From Trueperaceae bacterium (GTDB lineage Bacteria > Deinococcota > Deinococci > Deinococcales > Trueperaceae): a stretch of 64,000 nucleotides of DNA. Position numbers and translations under genes: made by a program. Of the stretch, positions 37,421 through 45,776 are shown piece by piece. The notes beneath the pieces are model-generated. The model made no database searches. It had not been told where the DNA came from and was given only the letters and a program-made list of their open reading frames with translations. Within the stretch, counting starts at the first letter, position 1. The number at the start of each line of letters is the position of its first letter. The stretch lies in assembly GCA_034521815.1 (NCBI GenBank), contig JAXHLW010000013.1, forward strand, positions 1,568,001-1,632,000, written 5' to 3'.

Positions 37421-38938
37421 TCAGTTCAGAACGCTGTGGAGGAACTCGGCGGACTTGGTGAGGTTCTTCTTCGGCACGCCGTCGCTGTCGGTAACGGCGA
37501 AGCAGCTGGTCCGCGTGCCACTGGCGTAGCTCATGAGCGACGGACCGGTGGGACCGACCTCCCAGAAGCCGAAGATCGTGCAGCGGTGGCTGTCGTACGT
37601 CTCGGGACTACCGGCGGCGTTCGTCTGATGCGTCCCGCCCAGGATGTGTCCCGATTCGTGCATGAACACGAAACTGGTCCAGTCGGTGCTGCCGCCGCCG
37701 TAGCCCGACCAGCCGACCGCGTAGTCGTTGGGATCGCGGTGAACGGTGCTGATGTAAGCGCAGCCGCCGCCGTACTGCTTGGTCCACCACATCCAGTACT
37801 CGTTCTCGGCGTTCGGGGTGGAGGTCGACAGCTGGCGGACCACGTCGACGAAGCTTCCCGACCCGCCGCACGTGTTCGACGGGTAGCTGATCTGGGTCTT
37901 GCCGTACTCCGTCAGGACCAGGTAGCCGGCGATCTCGGTCCGCATCAGCAGGCGGTTGTTGTCGACTGCGAGGTCGCTGGTCGAGGAGGGGACGTCGGAG
38001 CCGATGTTCGAGAACAGCAGGTACGCGTCCTGACGGTTGGCGGCCGCGTCGACCCGGTCGAACCAGTTGCTCACCAGCCAGGTGTCGGTGTCCGGGTCGT
38101 AGACGGTGGAGTCGGCGACCATCACGGGGTGGACGGTCTCGAACGGACTCGTCGCATGGACGTCGGCCGTGGTGTCGCGAACCGCATCGCCGTCCGCGTC
38201 GGCCGGTTCGCCGTGCGTATCGAGGCCGATGACCTCCGGCGCCGGGATCTCGCCGTGCTCGACGGGCGGCTGGTAGTCCTGCTGGCGATAGACGAGGTAG
38301 TTCGCGTCGCTGAGGGCGGCCAGCCGGCGCGCTTCGTCGGTGCCGACGTGGGGCTGGAGCAGCGAGTCGATCTTCTCGATCACCTGAACGGCCTCCGACT
38401 CGGGGTTTCCGTAGTACGCCCCTTCGAAGCCGTCGCCGACGAGGTTCAGGACCGACGGCTGGATTTCGGACTCGTTCAGCTCGTCGGGCGGCTGGTCGAC
38501 CATGAGCTCGATCTCCTCGAGGGTCATCTCGGGGATGCCGCGGAAGGTGCGACTGGGACCCTCGGGTTGGACGGGCGACATCTGGACCGCCTCGGGCAGC
38601 CCTTCGTTGAACAGGAACTCGCGTCGAACGTCGACGTGGTACGCGGTCCAGGTCTTCTCGCCGATGGAGCCGTCCGCCCTCAGGACCGGAAGGTCGACGT
38701 ACACGGGCCCTGCGGCACCGCTGCTGACGAGTCCTTCGAGCTCTTCGACGATCGGACCGTCGTCGACCTCGACCAGCTCGAAGCGCTCCATGGCGGGCAG
38801 GGCCTCTTCGATGGCGGATCGAAGCTCGGCGTCGGGCGCTTCCTGGGGCGTGCAGCTGGCCAGGACCGTGGCCAGCGCCAGCAGGACGATCGGTCCCGCC
38901 AACCCGAAACGTCGTGAACGGGTGCGTAGGATGGACAT
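37421..38938 (-). CDS. Lipoprotein zinc metallopeptidase (metzincin, M12/reprolysin-like)
   Basis: Lipobox VLASC; HESGHILGGTH; Met-turn SLMSY. Confidence 0.8.
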   Translation of the reverse strand: MSILRTRSRRFGLAGPIVLLALATVLASCTPQEAPDAELRSAIEEALPAMERFELVEVDDGPIVEELEGLVSSGAAGPVYVDLPVLRADGSIGEKTWTAYHVDVRREFLFNEGLPEAVQMSPVQPEGPSRTFRGIPEMTLEEIELMVDQPPDELNESEIQPSVLNLVGDGFEGAYYGNPESEAVQVIEKIDSLLQPHVGTDEARRLAALSDANYLVYRQQDYQPPVEHGEIPAPEVIGLDTHGEPADADGDAVRDTTADVHATSPFETVHPVMVADSTVYDPDTDTWLVSNWFDRVDAAANRQDAYLLFSNIGSDVPSSTSDLAVDNNRLLMRTEIAGYLVLTEYGKTQISYPSNTCGGSGSFVDVVRQLSTSTPNAENEYWMWWTKQYGGGCAYISTVHRDPNDYAVGWSGYGGGSTDWTSFVFMHESGHILGGTHQTNAAGSPETYDSHRCTIFGFWEVGPTGPSLMSYASGTRTSCFAVTDSDGVPKKNLTKSAEFLHSVLN

Positions 38939-39150
38939 GTAGGGTTCCTCTCCGCGAGGATCGGCGTGCAGGCTCGAGACGTGCGGGCTCGAGAAGGTGG
39001 GGACGAGCCCCGCATGGGCGACCGGAACGGGTGCGACGGCGCTCGTCAGCTCCCCAACGCGTCCTGCTCTTGCTTTCTACCGCACCATCCGAACCGTAGC
39101 ACACGACGAATCGCCCCGGGCGGCGCGGCCTCGGCCGAACGCAGCGCGAG

Positions 39151-40094
39151 TCAGCGCGCCGTAGCCTCCAGCACGTCGTGCGCCAGCCGGTGGGTCTCGA
39201 GCGCGTCCTCGATGTCGCAGTACAGACGCGAGCGGTCTCCTGTCCGCACGGCGTGCAGGAACGCACGGTTCTGTGCCACGAACGGATCGCCTTGGGTGCG
39301 CACCTCGCGCACGACGTGACCGTCGTCGTAGCGGACCGCGTCCTGGGTGACGACCACGTGCAGCCCGGTGCACACCAGCTCCAGCCGGATCCAGGAACGC
39401 CCGCCCAGCGCGCAGGTCGCGGTGACCGTCCCCGGGATGCGCGCGGGGAACTCCAGCAGCGTCGCGGCGACGTCGGCGACGTCCGCGCCGGGCAGCAACG
39501 GAACCTCGGGAGTCGCGCTCCGGGCGGCGACGACGTCCGCCTCGCCGACCAGGTGGCGCGCCAGGTCCAGCAGGTGCGTCGCCTGCTCGACCATCTGGCC
39601 ACCGCTGCGCGCCTCTTTCGCCACCACGGGGGCGCGGGAATCGCGTCGTGCCATGCGCCCGTCACCATGCGGACGGGCGCCTCTGCGAGACGCTCACGCA
39701 GCTCCGGAAGGGTGTCCAGTGCACGCCAGTGGTAGCCGACGGCCACCAGCGCGCCGGCGTCCAGCGCCGCTCGGGCCAGCTCCTCGCCGGTGGCGCGGTC
39801 GGCCGACAACGGCTTCTCGAGCAGGTACGGCACCTCCGCGGCCAGCAGCGCCCGCTCGGCCGGTCCGTGTGCACCGGGTGGCACGGTGATCCAGGCGGCG
39901 TCGGGCCGCTCGCGGTCCACGAGCTCGGCGACGTCGTCGTAGGCACGGCCGCCGAACAGCGTGGCGTGGCGCTGGGCGGACGCGCGCGTCCGAGCGACGT
40001 GCCCGCCGATCTCGACGCCCTCCTCCCGGGCCAGCACCTCGAGGTGGCGCCGGGCGATTCCGCCGGCTCCGATCATCACGACACGGGTCGTCAT
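39151..40094 (-). CDS. Gfo/Idh/MocA oxidoreductase with one-base frameshift at about 39617
   Basis: IGAGGIA, LEKP in one frame; SGGQMVEQATHLLDL in the next; break at an A run (cga-aa-gag). Confidence 0.85.
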
Positions 40095-40348
40095 CGTTCG
40101 CCTCCGTTCGGCAGGTGGGGCGCCTCGTCGGACGCCGCCTCGGTGGCCAGGACCACCTGGAGCGCCGCGTCCGGCGCCTCGTCCAGAAGGCGGAACGCCT
40201 CTGACGCATCGTCGAACGGCAGCACGCGGCTGACCAGGCCGGACAGGTCCAGCGTACCGTCCGCTTGGAGATCCATGATCGTGGCGATCAGCCGGGCGTG
40301 CTCGATCACGACCTGGCGAGGAGCTTCGGTGGTGACGATACCGGCCAT
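40091..40348 (-). pseudogene. Internally deleted Zn-binding (MDR) dehydrogenase remnant
   Basis: N-terminal strand (IVTTEAPRQVVIE) joined directly to typical C-terminus (LDLSGLVSRVLPFDDASEAFRLLDE..ALQVVL); SD GGAGG retained. Confidence 0.6.
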
Positions 40349-40363
40349 GGTGCCTCCGGAGGG

Positions 40364-40401
40364 GTCGTCGGACGCGCCGACCCGACGGCGCGTCCGACGA
40401 C
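40364..40401. terminator. 16-bp-stem hairpin downstream of the SCO gene
   Basis: gtcgtcggacgcgccg-acccga-cggcgcgtccgacgac. Confidence 0.55.
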
Positions 40402-40430
40402 GGTCGCTCCAGGTTAGCGCCGCACGCTGC

Positions 40431-41129
40431 TCAGCGTTCCGGCTCGCCGGCCGCGACGACCGCCCGAACCGCCGGCTCCACGGGCCGGCCCAGGCCCTCT
40501 TCGCTGTGCACCACGACGCCGCCCCCGTCCAGCACGCTGATCAGGTTGGTGTGGCTGAACATGCCGTTCCCGGCCGGCCGGTAGCGTACGCCCAGCAGCG
40601 CGGCGAGGGCGCGGGTGGCGTGAGCGTCGCCGACCGCGAACCGCCAGGCAGGATGCTCGGTGCCGGTCGAGGCGACGTAGCTCGCGAGGCGCTCGGGGGC
40701 GTCGCGCTCGTGGTCGAAGCTGACGACGAGCACCTGCGTGTCGGCGCGCGCTGCGTCCGGCAGCGCCTCGTACAGGCGCTGGACGTCGCCGACCAGGATG
40801 GGGCAGGCGGTCTCGCAGCTCGCGTAGATCATCGTCACGATCACCGGTCCACCGCGCAGGTCCTCGAGCCGTAGCGCCTCGCCGCGATGATCGGTCCAGT
40901 CGGCGTCCAGGTGGTAGAGCGAGGCCCCCGGAAGCGGCGCGTCGCTGGACAGCGCGGTCGGATGGTCGACGTGCGCAGGCGCGGGATCGTCGACGTGGAG
41001 GAGCTCGGCGGGGGCCACTCGCGCATCGTCAGCACTGGACGGGCCGCAGCCCCAGGTCCAGGCGAGGGCGATCAGCAGCGCCAGCGCGCGCACGATCGTG
41101 TGTCGGGAACGGCGGGTCGGGGTCGGCAT
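40431..41129 (-). CDS. SCO1/SenC copper chaperone (probable lipoprotein)
   Basis: YASCETACP CxxxC, FSH conserved His. Confidence 0.9.
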   Translation of the reverse strand: MPTPTRRSRHTIVRALALLIALAWTWGCGPSSADDARVAPAELLHVDDPAPAHVDHPTALSSDAPLPGASLYHLDADWTDHRGEALRLEDLRGGPVIVTMIYASCETACPILVGDVQRLYEALPDAARADTQVLVVSFDHERDAPERLASYVASTGTEHPAWRFAVGDAHATRALAALLGVRYRPAGNGMFSHTNLISVLDGGGVVVHSEEGLGRPVEPAVRAVVAAGEPER

Positions 41130-41161
41130 GGGGATCTCCTCGGAGTTGGACGGGGTGGGCG

Positions 41162-41974
41162 TCAACGGGCGCAGCGGAACCCGACCGACCCGGTCACCGA
41201 CGCGGGGCCTAGGGCCGTGCGAACGGCGTGACGGAGGAAGGCGGGGTAATCGTCGCGATCACGTGCGCCCAGGCTGGCTCCGCCGCAGACGCGGGCGACG
41301 TCGCGGTCGCCGATGTTGCGGCTGTCGCCCTGGACGATGCCGCTCCACGGATCCTCGACCCATTCCCAGACGAGCCCGTGCAGATCGTGCACGCCGTAGA
41401 GGTTCGGCGCTGCCCGGCCCACGCGGGGCGGCGCGGCGTTCCTGCGGGCGTACGCCGCGAGACGCTCGGCCTGGACGACCGGATCGTCGCTGGCGTCGGC
41501 ACGGTCGACGCCTGCGCGGGCGGCGACCTCCCATTCGTCCTCGCTGGGGAGGCGCAGGCCCCGGGCGTCGCAGTAGGCTCCGGCCGCGAACCAGCTGACG
41601 TTCGTGACCGCGGCGTCGGCGGGCGTGTCGCCCAGATCGGTGGGGCCGGCCCAGTGCGCCAGGTAGCCGGGGTCGGCGAAGATCTCGGGCGGCGCGCCCT
41701 TGGCCCAGTCGGGATGGTCGCGGACGAAGGCGAGGTAGTCCGCGTTCGTGACCGGCACCACCGCGATCTCGAACGCCGGCACCTCGTGCGGGCCTTCGCC
41801 GGCGACCGGGTAGAACGGCGCGTAGGTCGTCGCAGGGACGGAGGCGAGCGGCTGGCTGAACGCGGCGCCCACCAGCAGGGCGGACAGGAGGAAGAGGACG
41901 CGCGCCAGGCCGGCTGGCGCGCGGTCGGCGGGCGTTGCGGCAGGGGCGTGCGCATGGCGGGGGGCCGGGGTCAT
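41162..41974 (-). CDS. FGE-sulfatase domain protein (NirV-like)
   Basis: PVTNADY, VSWFAA.AYC, RLPSEDEWE, DLHGLVWEW, GFRCA; directly downstream of nirK. Confidence 0.85.
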   Translation of the reverse strand: MTPAPRHAHAPAATPADRAPAGLARVLFLLSALLVGAAFSQPLASVPATTYAPFYPVAGEGPHEVPAFEIAVVPVTNADYLAFVRDHPDWAKGAPPEIFADPGYLAHWAGPTDLGDTPADAAVTNVSWFAAGAYCDARGLRLPSEDEWEVAARAGVDRADASDDPVVQAERLAAYARRNAAPPRVGRAAPNLYGVHDLHGLVWEWVEDPWSGIVQGDSRNIGDRDVARVCGGASLGARDRDDYPAFLRHAVRTALGPASVTGSVGFRCAR

Positions 41975-42044
41975 GGCGGGCGTCTCCTCTCCTGCGAGAT
42001 CGCGGTCCGGGCACGCTGGGCACCCGGACCGCGGGAGCGAACGA

Positions 42045-43274
42045 TCAGTTCGCGGGGAGGTCGGGAGCGTCGGCGGGATCGAACGGACGCTCGTACTGGC
42101 GCTCGCTGTAGATCTCGTGGTCTTCCTCGCCGACGACGACGATCTGTCCGAGCGTGCCCTTGTGGAAGGTCCGGAAGATGCTGTGGTCGACGAGGTTCAG
42201 CGTCGAGGGAACCTCTGCGCGGAACTCGACCATCGCGGAGCCGCCGGCGGGAACGAGCGTGGTCTGGACGTTCTCGTTCACCATCATGCCGCCCTCGACG
42301 TACACCCGGTCGAAGATCTCGCCGATGACGTGGAAGCTCGAGACGAGGTTGGGGCCGCCGTTGCCGACGAACAGCCGGACGGTCTCGCCCACTTCGGCGT
42401 GCAGGGCGTTCTCGCCGGCGATGGCGCCGACCCGGCCGTTGAACAGGACGTAGCTGGGGTCCTCGTCGATGGCGCGCTGCATGTCGAACGGCTGGTGGCC
42501 GGGCTCGCCGAAGTCGCCGGGGGTGTAGAAGTCGCCCTGGACGACGTAGTACTCGCGGTCCACCTCGGGGTAGCCCTCTTCGGGCTCGACCACGATCAGG
42601 CCGTACATGCCGTTGCCGATGTGCATCCCGACGGGCGCGGTGGCGCAGTGGTAGATGTACACGCCCGGGTTCAGGGCGCGGAAGGTGACGCCGGTCTCGT
42701 GACCCGGCATGGTCAGCGTCGCCTCGGCGCCGCCGCCGGTGCCGGTCACGGCGTGCAGGTCGATGTTGTGCGGCATGGCGCTCTCGTGCGAGTTCTTGAA
42801 GTTCAGGCGGACGGCGTCGCCCTGGCGGACGCGGATCATCGGGCCGGGAACGCTGCCGTTGAACGTCCAGAAGGTGTAGTCGACGCCGTCGGCGATCTCC
42901 ATCGTCTCTTCGGTCGAGATGAACTCGACGTCGACCAGCGCGGGATGGTCGCGGTCGACGGGCGGCGCGGCGTTCGGGGCGTAGCCGAGCTCGGCTTCGA
43001 CGACGGGCAGGTCGGCGACGTCGACGAGCTCGACGGGAGCGAGCGCTTCCTCGGGCATCGTCACGTCGTGACCGGTGGAGGTGTCCTGGACGTGCTGGAC
43101 GATGGGCTGGGCGGCAGGCTGGACGGGCGCCGCGTCGACGCGGGTGGACGCTCCGCGGTCGACCAGCCAGCCGGTGGTGCCGATCGCCAGGACGCCGAGC
43201 GCGAGAACGATCGCGACGAGGGCGGTGCCTCCGTCGATGGACGTGCGGTTCTGGGTGGAGCGGGGAATCTTCAT
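42045..43274 (-). CDS. nirK: Copper nitrite reductase with N-terminal TM anchor, copy 2
   Basis: [46 protein letters not shown]. Confidence 0.93.
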   Translation of the reverse strand: MKIPRSTQNRTSIDGGTALVAIVLALGVLAIGTTGWLVDRGASTRVDAAPVQPAAQPIVQHVQDTSTGHDVTMPEEALAPVELVDVADLPVVEAELGYAPNAAPPVDRDHPALVDVEFISTEETMEIADGVDYTFWTFNGSVPGPMIRVRQGDAVRLNFKNSHESAMPHNIDLHAVTGTGGGAEATLTMPGHETGVTFRALNPGVYIYHCATAPVGMHIGNGMYGLIVVEPEEGYPEVDREYYVVQGDFYTPGDFGEPGHQPFDMQRAIDEDPSYVLFNGRVGAIAGENALHAEVGETVRLFVGNGGPNLVSSFHVIGEIFDRVYVEGGMMVNENVQTTLVPAGGSAMVEFRAEVPSTLNLVDHSIFRTFHKGTLGQIVVVGEEDHEIYSERQYERPFDPADAPDLPAN

Positions 43275-43351
43275 CGGGTCTCTCCTCCTTGGGCTCCGAT
43301 CTATCTCGGAGTTGATGGTCGGAGAATATCTGCGACATCCACGTCCGAGTA

Positions 43352-43365
43352 GGGACGAGTGTCCC
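43352..43365 (-). promoter_or_regulatory. Perfect palindromic box GGGAC-ACTC-GTCCC upstream of nirK-2
   Basis: 23 nt upstream of TATTCT (43323-43328, minus strand). Confidence 0.7.
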
Positions 43366-43427
43366 AACGCACCCCCACCGCCACGGCGAGCCGTGCACGG
43401 CCCCGCCCCGACGTGGTGGGATGACGC

Positions 43428-44684
43428 ATGCCGACCACATCCCCTGCCGACGCCACGCCGACCCACCCGTCCGCTGCCGACGCCGCCGCACCCGATAGGC
43501 GCCGATCCGGTCCCATCACCTCGGCCGAGCGAGCCGCACGCGCCCACGCCCTCTTCGGCGCCCTGGCCGACGACGTCCGCGCCGTCGTGCTGTTCGACGA
43601 CCAGTACGTCCAGTACTACACCGGCTTCGTGTTCGCGCCGACCGAGCGGCCGATCGGCGCCGTGCTGCTCCGGGACGGCGAGCGCGTGCTGTTCGTACCG
43701 AGGCTGGAGCTGGAGCATGCCGAAGCCAGCGCCGACGCCGACCGCGTCGTCGCCTACCCCGAGTACCCCGGCAGGCGGCATCCGATGGAGATCCTCGAGG
43801 AGGAGCTCCGCACCGCCGGCGCCACCCGCGGCGTGATCGGCGTCGACCACGACGGCTATCCGCCCGTGATGGGCTACCGCCCCTGGCCGCTGAGTCGGCG
43901 GGTCGCGATCCGGCCCGTCTCCGAGACGGTCGACGCGCTCATGTCGCTCAAGAGCGAGCACGAGATCGCCCTGATCCGCGAGAGCGCCCGCTGGGCCGCC
44001 CGCGCCCACCGGCTCATGCAGGACGCCACGCGTGTGGGCCTCAGCGAGCCCGAGGCCGCCGGCCCCGCCAGCCGCAGCGCCAGCGACGAGCTGGCCGCCG
44101 CGATGGGTCCCGGCTACCGCCAGCGCAACCGCTGGATCTCGGGCGCCGTCGCGCTCTACCGAGGGCAGATCGGTCCCGCCTCGGCGTTCCCCCACGCGCT
44201 GGCGGACGACGTTCGCTTCGCTCACGGCGACGTCCTCGTCACCGGCGCCAGCGCCGACGTGTGGGGTTACATGTCCGAGCTGGAGCGCACCATGGTACTG
44301 GGTGCCGCCGCGCCCGAACAGGTCCGCTTCTTCGACCACATGGTCGCGCTCCAGGACCTGGCGTTCGAGACGATTCGCGCCGGCGTTCCGTGCGCCCATA
44401 TCGACGAGGCGGTCCAGGCGTACGTCGACCGGCACGACCTCCGCCCGCACTGGCGGCACCACGTCGGCCACTCGCTGGGCCAGCGCATCCACGAGAGTCC
44501 GTTCCTGGACGTCGGCGACGCCACCGAGCTGCGCCCCGGCATGGTCCTCAGCGTCGAGCCCGGCCTGTACGTGCCCGGCCTCGGCGGCTTCCGGCACAGC
44601 GACACCGTCCTCGTGACCGAAGACGGTGTCGAGATGCTGACCGACTACCCGCGCGACCTCGCGTCGCTCACGCTGCCGGCCTGA
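43428..44684 (+). CDS. M24-family (Xaa-Pro) aminopeptidase-like protein
   Basis: [34 protein letters not shown]; some canonical metal Asp/Glu positions look substituted. Confidence 0.85.
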   Translation: MPTTSPADATPTHPSAADAAAPDRRRSGPITSAERAARAHALFGALADDVRAVVLFDDQYVQYYTGFVFAPTERPIGAVLLRDGERVLFVPRLELEHAEASADADRVVAYPEYPGRRHPMEILEEELRTAGATRGVIGVDHDGYPPVMGYRPWPLSRRVAIRPVSETVDALMSLKSEHEIALIRESARWAARAHRLMQDATRVGLSEPEAAGPASRSASDELAAAMGPGYRQRNRWISGAVALYRGQIGPASAFPHALADDVRFAHGDVLVTGASADVWGYMSELERTMVLGAAAPEQVRFFDHMVALQDLAFETIRAGVPCAHIDEAVQAYVDRHDLRPHWRHHVGHSLGQRIHESPFLDVGDATELRPGMVLSVEPGLYVPGLGGFRHSDTVLVTEDGVEMLTDYPRDLASLTLPA

Positions 44685-44735
44685 CGGCGCCGGTGGGCGG
44701 TCGGCCCGACCGTGTCGTTCTCGCTGTAAGCCTGA

Positions 44736-44772
44736 CGGTGCGCGCCCCGCTACGTCCGCGGGGCGCGCACCG
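44736..44772. terminator. 15-bp-stem hairpin between convergent genes
   Basis: cggtgcgcgccccgc-tacgtcc-gcggggcgcgcaccg. Confidence 0.55.
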
Positions 44773-44790
44773 GCCCGGGCGCCGAAGCTC

Positions 44791-45012
44791 TCAGCCCTTG
44801 CGCTTGGCGTCGGACGCCGGCGTCGTGCGCATGTTCAGCATGGCGTAGAGCGGGCAGAACCCCACCGCGCCGGTCACCAGCAACACCGCGCCGACGATGC
44901 CCAGCAGCCATACCCAGACACCGGTCACCATCCCGGCGAACGCCACCACCAGCAGCGCGACGCCCACGATCACGCGGACGATTCGATCGACGGAACCTTC
45001 GTTGGTCGTCAT
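44791..45012 (-). CDS. DUF2892 (YgaP-like) membrane protein
   Basis: [20 protein letters not shown]. Confidence 0.9.
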   Translation of the reverse strand: MTTNEGSVDRIVRVIVGVALLVVAFAGMVTGVWVWLLGIVGAVLLVTGAVGFCPLYAMLNMRTTPASDAKRKG

Positions 45013-45081
45013 AGTCGCCTCCTTCGCCAATTAGGCTAGACCCCTGTCCCCACCAACACAATGGCGGATATGGTGCGAATC

Positions 45082-45690
45082 ATGACGACGCGCGATCGAC
45101 TCCTCGCCCACCTGAAACGAGCCGGCGACGCCAGCGTCCACGATCTCGAAGGCGCGCTCGAGCTCAGCGAGAACGCCGTTCGACACCACCTCGCGCGGCT
45201 GCGCGCCGACGGTCTGATCGAGGACGCCCCGCCCAGGCGAGGCACGCCAGGGCGTCCCGCCCGCCGCGTCCGTCTCACCAGCGCCGCCGAGGGCCACTTC
45301 CCCAAGCGCTACGACGAGCTGTTGCAGCTCGTTCTGGCCGAAGCCGAAGCGGATCAGCGCCTGTCGGGCCTGCTGGACCGGGTCGCCCAGCGACTGGCGG
45401 ACAGCGTCCACGACGAGCTGAGCGCGCTTCCACCCCGCGAACGCCTGCGAGCGCTGATGGAACGGCTGGACTACGGCGAGATGATGGGACGCCTGGACGA
45501 GACGAGAGGCGGCTGGACGTTCGAAGCGCACAACTGCGTCTACTACCAGGCGGGCCTGCGCTTCGAGCCGGTGTGCGACCTCCTCCCCCGCACCATCCGC
45601 CGCGCCACCGGGCTCCCGGCCGAACGTGTGGTGTGCCAACGGGACGGCGCACGCGCCTGCCGCTTCGCCGGCGGCTTCGTCGAGGACTGA
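45082..45690 (+). CDS. HTH metalloregulator, SufR/COG2345-like, Cys-rich C-terminus
   Basis: AVRHHLARL..DGLI, GRP, FPKRY, HNC-x12-C, C-terminal C..C. Confidence 0.8.
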   Translation: MTTRDRLLAHLKRAGDASVHDLEGALELSENAVRHHLARLRADGLIEDAPPRRGTPGRPARRVRLTSAAEGHFPKRYDELLQLVLAEAEADQRLSGLLDRVAQRLADSVHDELSALPPRERLRALMERLDYGEMMGRLDETRGGWTFEAHNCVYYQAGLRFEPVCDLLPRTIRRATGLPAERVVCQRDGARACRFAGGFVED

Positions 45691-45719
45691 TCGTCGAGGA
45701 CCGACCGTCCGAGGACCGG
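45677..45719. repeat. About 14-bp tandem repeat x3 duplicating the regulator's 3' end and stop
   Basis: tcgtcgaggactga / tcgtcgaggaccga / ccgtccgaggaccgg. Confidence 0.75.
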
Positions 45720-45776
45720 CTCGTCGAATCGCGAAGCATGGACGCCTCTCATCGAAAAACCCTCTAAGGTGCGTCC

